64,000 nt of DNA from a virus (Duplodnaviria > Caudoviricetes), in the IMG/VR virus record IMGVR_UViG_3300028591_003737, positions 32,001 through 96,000 of that record. One strand, given 5' to 3'. The notes under the pieces were generated by a model. The model saw nothing but the letters and a program-made list of their open reading frames with translations, searched no databases and had not been told where the DNA came from. This document shows positions 33,229-41,413 of the stretch, in pieces (the first letter of the stretch is position 1; each line of letters opens with the position of its first letter). Position numbers and translations under genes: made by a program.

Positions 33229-33630
33229 TTAACATCCTCCAGATGAATGTGAACTACCACATCCTCCACTATAACTTCTACTATAACCTGATGATCTTCC
33301 GCATCCACCAGAAGAATATGAACTTCCACATCCACCACCACTATAAGAAGAACTTGAAGATCTTGAAGGTTTAGATTGTCTAGATGGTTTATTTTCTTTC
33401 TTCTTTCTTAAAGCATCTTTTGTTTTCTGATTCTTTTTTAATTCTCTTTGAATATCTTTCCATAATTCTGGATTTGCTTTAAGAATATCTTGTAATTTAT
33501 CAGGATCTAAATCAGCTAAATTATAATCACTTGTTAAAGATAGTTTTTCATTTAAAAGTTCATTTCTATTATAATTTGTAGCGATAGTATCACCAATAGA
33601 TTCTGTTAATCTTGTTAATAAACTTCTCAT
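33229..33630 (-). CDS. Protein with capsid-targeting-like leader and C-terminal Ser/Gly/Cys repeats
   Basis: Likely start MRSLLTRLTE at 33630; four GGC repeats at the C-terminus. Confidence 0.6.
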   Translation of the reverse strand: MRSLLTRLTESIGDTIATNYNRNELLNEKLSLTSDYNLADLDPDKLQDILKANPELWKDIQRELKKNQKTKDALRKKKENKPSRQSKPSRSSSSSYSGGGCGSSYSSGGCGRSSGYSRSYSGGCGSSHSSGGC

Positions 33631-33668
33631 AAATTTAATTTTATCTTTATAGATAAAAATAATATATT

Positions 33669-34676
33669 TTAACAATGTGATTTATATGAATGATATCCTG
33701 TACAATCCCAATATCCATCTTCATCATCATTATCACAACCAGATTTTATTGGTTTTCTTTTAGAATAAAGTCCTGAAACATCAAGTGCGTCATTTCTAAT
33801 TTTATTCATTATTTTATTTAATTCAGATTCATCAACTGAATATTTATTTATATACCAAGTAAGTAAAAGAGCAAGAAGTACACTGTCATCTTTACTCTTC
33901 TGTAATTCTTTAATTATTTCAAGAAATGTTGGATTATATTTCTTATTTAATTCAGATATAAGTAAATTATTATCTTCTATCTTTGCAGCGATAAGACCAA
34001 CATTTTTAGTTATTCCAGTAAATAAATCCATATTATAATATTGTCTCTATATTTAATTTCTTTTCATATTCCTTAACATTCTTTATATGTGCTTCTAATA
34101 ATTTATCATGTAAAGCAAGAAATTTAGGATTAGTTTGTGTATAAGTTGGAAGTATAATCTTACCTTTAATTATATCTTTTTGAATATCATATAAATTAAA
34201 TTTATATTGTTGAAATAAAATTAAGGAAAAATCATACCATTTTGAATGGTCTATATAATGTAATTTATCACCTCTACAACAACACCAATTATACAGATAC
34301 TCACTTAGATCTGTAATCATATCTATTAATACATCTACTTCAGAAGTTTTATCCATAATTAGTTTACTGGAACCAATACCTCAACATTCATGTCATTTAA
34401 TATCTGTTTATTAATTGCTTTTGATATCTCATCTACATGAAAGTCAAGTACTTTCTTTGCTTGTTCCTCAATATTTTTAATCTGTCTTTTTGTAAATGGT
34501 TTTTTCTTCTGAAGATGTACACATCCACAACAGTCTTCATATTTATAAAAACCAGCTTCTACAAATCCATTAATTAAATCATCAGTATTACAAGTTAACC
34601 CATTAAACTTTCCATCTTTAACAGGTTTAGATTTCTTAAATAATATATCAAAAAATGTATTCATAATTAAACCCAA
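33669..34676 (-). CDS. Three hypothetical proteins (33669-34031, 34033-34356, 34359-34676)
   Basis: Tandem ORFs; each contains a small Cys cluster. Confidence 0.6.
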
Positions 34677-35554
34677 TGAGGATATATTTTTCCATTTTCA
34701 TGGATTACTCCAAAGAAATATGGTTTAGCAAATATCCATCTTGTACATATTTTTATAAAATCCCAAATATTTGCTTTCTTTAATTTACTTCTATAGAAAC
34801 AACTTCTTTTAATATAAAGATGACCATCAAAATTATCACCATATAATGACCATTTTTTAGCTCCTTTATATTCTGTCTTACAACCCCAAGCAAATGGAGA
34901 ATTCATCTTAATTCCAAGAGTTTTAGGAATATCTATATATAAATCATCTGCATCAAATAATTCACATATCTTTAAATTCTTAAAACCAAGACGATTAAAC
35001 ATCATTACATTATTTATGATATCATCTTTATTTTCAAAATATGGTTTAAAGATATTGATACTACCTAAAATCTTATCAGAACCACAATGTTCAAGAATTT
35101 CTTTATAAAATTCCTTTCTATCAAAATTACTTTTAGATTGTCTTATCATATCACTCATATTATCACTATAATATTGAAGTGATATTTGAATATTATCACA
35201 TTTATCTAGAATTTCAAAAAACTTATCTTTTTCTTTATAACAAATATTAGGTACACTTGTTATAACAAGAATTTTTAAATCAGTATTTTCTTTAATCCAA
35301 TTTACAAAATAAAGTAATTCATCAAGAAATATAAATGGTTCACCACCAGATATACATATATTTTTTACTTTGTCTTTATATTCATTAACAGTTTCAATTA
35401 TTTTATCTATTTCTGGTTTTTTAGTATTTACTCCTATATTTAATTTATCTATACAGAATTCACAATTATTAGGACATAATTTAGTAAAGTGAATCATAAG
35501 TTCACTTATTTTTGGTGAATGATCACATGTATTTATATTATATCTAATTTTCAT
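34667..35554 (-). CDS. Radical SAM protein
   Basis: CPNNCEFC (CxxxCxxC) and SGGEP. Confidence 0.9.
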   Translation of the reverse strand: MKIRYNINTCDHSPKISELMIHFTKLCPNNCEFCIDKLNIGVNTKKPEIDKIIETVNEYKDKVKNICISGGEPFIFLDELLYFVNWIKENTDLKILVITSVPNICYKEKDKFFEILDKCDNIQISLQYYSDNMSDMIRQSKSNFDRKEFYKEILEHCGSDKILGSINIFKPYFENKDDIINNVMMFNRLGFKNLKICELFDADDLYIDIPKTLGIKMNSPFAWGCKTEYKGAKKWSLYGDNFDGHLYIKRSCFYRSKLKKANIWDFIKICTRWIFAKPYFFGVIHENGKIYPHWV

Positions 35555-36515
35555 TTGAATAAGTGAAAGTCAATATATTGTCCAAAATACCATCTTAAAA
35601 ATTCATATTCTTTTTCTCCCCAATATGCAGATCCTTCTGGAGAATCCATCCATGAAAATGCAGATGATATTGTTTCTTTATCAAGAAGTCCAGAAATAAC
35701 TTCAATAACTTTACAATTAATTTCTGCGCTTATTTCAGTAGTAAGTTGAAGACTACCATCATCTAAACGATATTTATTAAGAATATCTTGTTGAATATTA
35801 TCTCTAAAATCTGTATACCATTTTCTAGTCTTTAACCATTCTTCAATTTCTTCAGGATATCGACCATTAATTTTATAATAATTTAAATTATATTTTTGTA
35901 TGAGATAAATTGTAATTGGTAATAAAACCATACAAATTAAAATTAATATTAATAATGTATTACTCATCTTTCTTATCTTTTATACCTTTAGCAATTTCCA
36001 AAATATAAAGTCTTAAATCATGATAACATTCTGGATATGAACCATATTTTTTAATAGCACCAAAAATAAAAGCAAGTGCTTCATCTGCAATACCAGGTCC
36101 ACAAAATTCTCTATCATTATTCCAATCTGGTTCAATAGTACCAATAACTCTTGTTTTAGGATCAAGAATTTCTTTATTATCCTCTGTCAAAAACGCTGTT
36201 AATTTTTTCATAATATTAATTTTTTATATAATCTTCTAAAATCATTGATTCAAATTTTTCAACAAATATTTTACATGTATCTTCATTTAATACATCTAAG
36301 GACAATTGATATGGGTCTCCAGATTTAATATATTGTCCTTCATCATTTTGTTTACATTCAGTACTTAAAAAGAAATATGAATTTTCTTTTTTTATAAATT
36401 CAACCATTACAAATTCACCATCTACATTTATAATGAATTTAACAAATGGTGAATTATCAATATAATTAATTAATTTTTCTTTATACATATTATTTACTCC
36501 ATTTAATATATCCAT
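35551..36515 (-). CDS. Three hypothetical proteins (35551-35967 membrane-anchored, 35960-36211 with MKKLTAFLTE leader, 36216-36515)
   Basis: Tandem coupled ORFs. Confidence 0.6.
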
Positions 36516-37116
36516 AAATACAATTCATAATCCAGAAAATGTATTGTACTATCATAAATATATTTCCAATATTTATCCAAAGAATAAGTGTAGCAATATC
36601 AACAATCAACCACATTATCCATTGTTCTCTATATCTAAACATCAACATAAATTGAGCAATAAATGCTGGTACTGTTGATATTGAGTCAAGAAATGGTCTA
36701 GGATCATTTGTTCTTAAAAGTATTATATATAGTAATATAGTACTTATAATAAATATACTACAACATAGTAACCAATCCTGCTTAGATAGTTTACGAGCAA
36801 TAACTTCTTTTTCCTCTTTATTATAATTCTTAATCCAAATAAAAAAAGCGATTGTTGTGGTAATTACATAAAATATATTTTCAACTAATTCGCCATAAAG
36901 ATGCTGTTGAAATATGATTACTATATAAGTAAACATTTGAATATAAGCAAATAAATAAAATGAAAGTTTCTTTTGAGAACAAAGAACCACATTTATTACT
37001 CCACTTAATCCACAAATAAATGAAAGTAAACTATCACCTGTAAATATATAACATATTATTTGAAGTAATACCCCAAATAACATAAATAACCAATCAAATG
37101 TTTTAATTTTACTCAT
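36490..37116 (-). CDS. pnuC: Pnu-family vitamin/nicotinamide riboside transporter
   Basis: About 7 TM helices; G....V.L...K, LYGE, PFLDS, AQFMLMFRYREQWIMW...D, NCIYGY.KW. Confidence 0.88.
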   Translation of the reverse strand: MSKIKTFDWLFMLFGVLLQIICYIFTGDSLLSFICGLSGVINVVLCSQKKLSFYLFAYIQMFTYIVIIFQQHLYGELVENIFYVITTTIAFFIWIKNYNKEEKEVIARKLSKQDWLLCCSIFIISTILLYIILLRTNDPRPFLDSISTVPAFIAQFMLMFRYREQWIMWLIVDIATLILWINIGNIFMIVQYIFWIMNCIYGYIKWSK

Positions 37117-37167
37117 AATATATCAAAACTATCGTAATAATCAATAATTCTTTGATATTTATCCATA

Positions 37168-37491
37168 TTATTTAAAATATTTTTCTTCAAATGGTCTTAC
37201 TTTATAAGAATTTCTCCATGCAAGTATTTCTTCTTTACTAATTTCTCCATTTTGATATTGAAATTCTTTTGCTAAATCTCTTACCGCTGCCTTAAGATAT
37301 TTTATATCTTCAACATTATCATTTGGATCTCCACTATTAGGACTCATTCCAATTCTTATATTATGAGGTATCATTTGATGGAATCTTTCTTCATAATCCC
37401 AAATAGTAATATGAACATCTCCATCATTTCCAATGACAACTGTCATTTCTTGATCTGGTCCATCTATTGATTTTAATTTAAAACTATTCAT
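37168..37491 (-). CDS. Hypothetical protein
   Basis: 107-aa ORF. Confidence 0.55.
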   Translation of the reverse strand: MNSFKLKSIDGPDQEMTVVIGNDGDVHITIWDYEERFHQMIPHNIRIGMSPNSGDPNDNVEDIKYLKAAVRDLAKEFQYQNGEISKEEILAWRNSYKVRPFEEKYFK

Positions 37492-37843
37492 ATCTTACTA
37501 CTTTAACAGGTATTCCTTTTTGTTTACATAAATCAATTGTATGTTTCGTTCCCTTTGATTTTCCATCCCAGAAACAAATAGCAGCAGAAGCAATATCTAC
37601 CATTTCTTTGTTTCTCCTATAGCCAGCACTTTTACCATATTTATCCCAATCTGCTGGATGAGAATCTATTTTATATCCTCTTTCTTTTGCATATTTCTCT
37701 CCAAGAGAATCAGCACCTCTTGCTGCACCAGATATAATTACTATTTCTGGATTATCTAAATTTGATAAATAGTAATCACATTTATTTTTTAATAATTCAT
37801 AATTATTAAAATCTCTACCACCAGCTATAATTACTTTAAACAT
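37484..37843 (-). CDS. SLOG-family (DUF2493/YspA-like) protein
   Basis: VIIAGGRDF, ISGAARGAD, PADW..YGKSAG..RN, FWDG.SKGT. Confidence 0.85.
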   Translation of the reverse strand: MFKVIIAGGRDFNNYELLKNKCDYYLSNLDNPEIVIISGAARGADSLGEKYAKERGYKIDSHPADWDKYGKSAGYRRNKEMVDIASAAICFWDGKSKGTKHTIDLCKQKGIPVKVVRYE

Positions 37844-37845
37844 AA

Positions 37846-38897
37846 TTAAATTTCATAAGGTCTACTATATAAATATCTTTCAGAATCATATCTTCCTTGA
37901 CGACGAAGTTCACGTACTTCTCTATTCCAAAGTTCTTCATTAGTCCAACCACCTTGAAGATATTTAATATCATAACATACTGGAGTAAATTTATTTACAC
38001 CATAATGTCCACCAAAATAACAAGTATTTCTATTAAAAAATGCACATTCTCCACAATATGCTGGTATTTCATTTGGATTTCTCATAATTTAATCTTGAAA
38101 ATGTTTTATTGTTCCTTCATACCAATCATCTGGTGTAGGTTCAAAATGAACTCCAATTGGTTTATCATAATTATCATTCTTTTCATCATCAGAATGATGA
38201 AAAATATTATAATCATAATCTGGTTGTTTATTACAACCATCATCACTAAAATGTTTCATATTTTTTTAATTATCTTTTATGTAATAATTAAAATCCTTTT
38301 AATCCTCTTAATCCTCTATAGTATTTACCATAGAATTCTTTACCTTTATCAAATTCAGAATGACCACATTTATCAATGTATTTATTTATATCTTTTTGAT
38401 ATTTTTCATAAACATCATTCATAAGTACAGATATATTTACTTGTTCAAAGAAATGTTTATTGTTATCGTAAAAGCTTTTCATACGGAGAGCATGGTCAAA
38501 CTGTTCTCCAATCATAGTTCCATCCATATTAGATGTTGATACATCAAAATATGATACACCATCTTGTAATGCAAGATCTTGAAGATGAAACTTAAAGAAA
38601 GTTTTCTTAAAATCTTCTAAATCTTTACACTCACAAAACTTTAATTCTTTCTTACTCATATTACAATATTTTATATGCTTCTGCTTCAAGTGCAGGATAT
38701 TTACTAAAAGCACCATGTCTTACTTGGAATTCAAAAGAATCAATAGAATCAGGATTAATGTTATTCTCCATCAATTCATTTTTCCATTTATAAATTTCTC
38801 TCTCCCAGTAATGCCTTTCATTTTCTGAGGTTGCTTTATTTCTAAGACTATAACAGTCTTTTAACATTTCTGCTACATTATAAAGTCTGTCTGCCAT
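37846..38897 (-). CDS. Four small hypothetical proteins (37846-38085, 38089-38259, 38288-38716, 38661-38897)
   Basis: Tandem ORFs; 38089-38259 (56 aa) was read by hand. Confidence 0.55.
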
Positions 38898-38917
38898 AAT
38901 TATTAAATTTTTTTAAT

Positions 38918-38976
38918 AATGTTCATTATTTTATTTATGTTCATTAATTTTGAACATTGATATTTTTGTGAACATT
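38918..38976. repeat. Symmetric four-box element ATGTTCA x2 / TGAACAT x2
   Basis: Boxes at 38919, 38937, 38951 and 38969 share one dyad centre at 38947. Confidence 0.7.
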
Positions 38977-40087
38977 ATCCTTCAATTAAACTATTGATAT
39001 AATTCTTTACTTCAATAAAGTTCTCAAGATAAGATCCATTCAAATAAGTTTTATTTACATCAGGATAAAACTCAGCAACAAGTTTCTGAAGTTTTTCAAA
39101 ATTCTTATTTCTTTCTTCCATCGAAGCTTGTTTCATATATCTTACTCCATCATTTACAAAATTCTTAGATGGAGGGAATATGAATATTCTATCCCATTTA
39201 TATTCATAAATTTTATTTAACTCTTTAGCTTTCTCATAAAGGCAATCATAATCTTCTTTAGAAAGATAAATATCATAATCCTCTACATAAGCAAGAGCAT
39301 ACATAAGAGTTACTGTATTATCAGTATCTGAAATAAATACACCATTCTTTGATTTTCTTCTTTCAGTATCACAATAATCTAACTGTCCATTTAAGAAAGC
39401 ATCAAAATCGGCATATGTTAAATCTTTATCAGTTATATTGTCTGCCTTCATATAATCTCTACCATATTCTCTTGCATAAGGTATATCAAAATAATTAGCA
39501 ATATCTCTTACCAGTGTAGACTTACCTTCACTTGCAGTACCAATAACAAGAATATTCTTACAAAGATATGGTTTAAATGGAGCTGTAATTTTATTCCAAT
39601 ACTTAACAGGATTTTTTCTAATCTGTGTACCAGAAACTTGATTTACTTTATCAATAAGAACTACATTACAAGGATAATTATTTCCTTCAATATAAATACT
39701 TTCAAGGCATTTCTTATAAAATGGTTCAGCTACATACCAAGTTATTTTATAGTCTTCTGTTGTAACACTAATTTCATCCTTATTAATATATTCCATTACC
39801 TTTTTAGTCCAGATTTCCCAGTTATGCGTAGACATACTTTCATCAAGACCAAGCTCAGTATCATTAATCTTTCTAACTCTAATCTGCTCATCATATCTGA
39901 AGAAATCATAAATTAAAGTATATCTTTCATCAAGATTAAGATTAATTTCCCAACCACGAGGTTCATTATCATAACCGCATACAATAACATAACAGATGTC
40001 ATTTTCTTTCTTAGCTCTCATAATGACATCCATATGTCCTTGGTGAAGTGGGCAATAACCACCAAAACAAATACCTATATTTTTCAT
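38975..40087 (-). CDS. nadR: NadR-like bifunctional NMN adenylyltransferase / ribosylnicotinamide kinase (no HTH)
   Basis: PLHQGH (HxGH), VSGTQIR, P-loop GTASEGKSTL, EYGR, DTD, DGVR. Confidence 0.88.
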   Translation of the reverse strand: MKNIGICFGGYCPLHQGHMDVIMRAKKENDICYVIVCGYDNEPRGWEINLNLDERYTLIYDFFRYDEQIRVRKINDTELGLDESMSTHNWEIWTKKVMEYINKDEISVTTEDYKITWYVAEPFYKKCLESIYIEGNNYPCNVVLIDKVNQVSGTQIRKNPVKYWNKITAPFKPYLCKNILVIGTASEGKSTLVRDIANYFDIPYAREYGRDYMKADNITDKDLTYADFDAFLNGQLDYCDTERRKSKNGVFISDTDNTVTLMYALAYVEDYDIYLSKEDYDCLYEKAKELNKIYEYKWDRIFIFPPSKNFVNDGVRYMKQASMEERNKNFEKLQKLVAEFYPDVNKTYLNGSYLENFIEVKNYINSLIEG

Positions 40088-40338
40088 ATTACAAATGTAG
40101 TCTTTTTAATACATTCTTCCATTTCTTCTCTAGTCCAAATCTTTGGTTGATCTAACTCATATATCTTAATTCCAAGACAATCATGACCAGCAATCTTAAG
40201 AGTTTTTCTAAGAAAACGTTCAAGTTCTTCATTATTTTCAGAACTATCAACTACAAAATCAAAACCTAAAAATTGAGGTCCACCACACCTAATATCTTCC
40301 CAATCATTTTGTTCGCAATCAATTACAACTCTTTTCAT
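40084..40338 (-). CDS. Hypothetical protein
   Basis: 84-aa ORF coupled to nadR. Confidence 0.55.
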   Translation of the reverse strand: MKRVVIDCEQNDWEDIRCGGPQFLGFDFVVDSSENNEELERFLRKTLKIAGHDCLGIKIYELDQPKIWTREEMEECIKKTTFVI

Positions 40339-40339
40339 A

Positions 40340-40987
40340 TTAAATAAATTTAATTCTTAATGAAACAATTTCTCCTTTACTATTCTTTCCAGCATAAAGA
40401 TTATAACTACCATCACCAAATCCACTAAAACTAATAACACATTTATTATCAAGTGCTATAGCATCTCTTCTTTCTTGACCAGAATATTCCCAGTGGCCTT
40501 CTCTTGGATTACTAATAGTTCCATCTTCATTAAAGGTCCAATCATCTACCCAATGAGGTTCTATAAAATCTTTACCATTAATATCAAAATCATATCTTAA
40601 ATCAAACTGTCTTTCATACCACTCATCACTTTCGGGGTAATCATCAATATATTTACCTTCTTCAAGAGTATGATATTTTTCAAAGTATTCTTTATCATAA
40701 ATACCTGCAGCACCACTATCTACTCCAATATCAATATTTTTATCAAGAAGTTTAGTAGGAAAATTTTTAATATATTTTTCATGTGCTATCCAAAGATCAG
40801 TCTCACGAATACCACCAAATCCACCAGGACCAAAATCTTTCTTATATACAAATCCATAATATTTTCCTGGTTTAAGACCTTCAACAAAGGCTTGACACCA
40901 AGTGCCTACTCCATAACAAGGATCACTTACATAAACTTTATCACTTAATTCTATTGTACCTAATTCTTGTTTATATTTTTTACTCAT
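40340..40987 (-). CDS. DUF4241-like protein
   Basis: VSDPCY, GVDSG, SGFGDGSY motifs. Confidence 0.7.
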   Translation of the reverse strand: MSKKYKQELGTIELSDKVYVSDPCYGVGTWCQAFVEGLKPGKYYGFVYKKDFGPGGFGGIRETDLWIAHEKYIKNFPTKLLDKNIDIGVDSGAAGIYDKEYFEKYHTLEEGKYIDDYPESDEWYERQFDLRYDFDINGKDFIEPHWVDDWTFNEDGTISNPREGHWEYSGQERRDAIALDNKCVISFSGFGDGSYNLYAGKNSKGEIVSLRIKFI

Positions 40988-40992
40988 ATCTA

Positions 40993-41356
40993 TTATATTT
41001 GGTTTTTTATATAATTATATTCATATTGTATTAATTCTTCTTTATGTTCTTCTATATATTGTTCTACAAAGTTACGTATTTTGTCTTCATTAAATAAATT
41101 ATCAAAATTATTATTTGATTTAATAAAATCATTATTATTTGGTTCAATAAAAACTGTATCTTTTTTTAGTATTAACATCCCATTTTAATTTATTAATTTC
41201 ATTTGCAATTTCTTTAGAAACAACTATATAATTTGCTTTACCTCTTTTACTTCTATTATTAATTTCATTAGCATGTTTAAACATTATATTAATAGATTCA
41301 GAAATTATCTTTTCTTCTGGATCTATAAATTGAGTATCTTTTTTAAGTTTTAACAT
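40993..41356 (-). CDS. Two small related hypothetical proteins
   Basis: Similar N-termini MLILKKDTVFIEP and MLKLKKDTQFIDP. Confidence 0.55.
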
Positions 41357-41372
41357 AATTAAAATTATTTAG

Positions 41373-41407
41373 AAGTATATAGAGGAACATTCAACCTCTA
41401 TATACTT
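41373..41407 (-). terminator. Stem-loop after the TonB receptor gene
   Basis: AAGTATATAGAGG-N9-CCTCTATATACTT. Confidence 0.65.
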
Positions 41408-41413
41408 AATATT

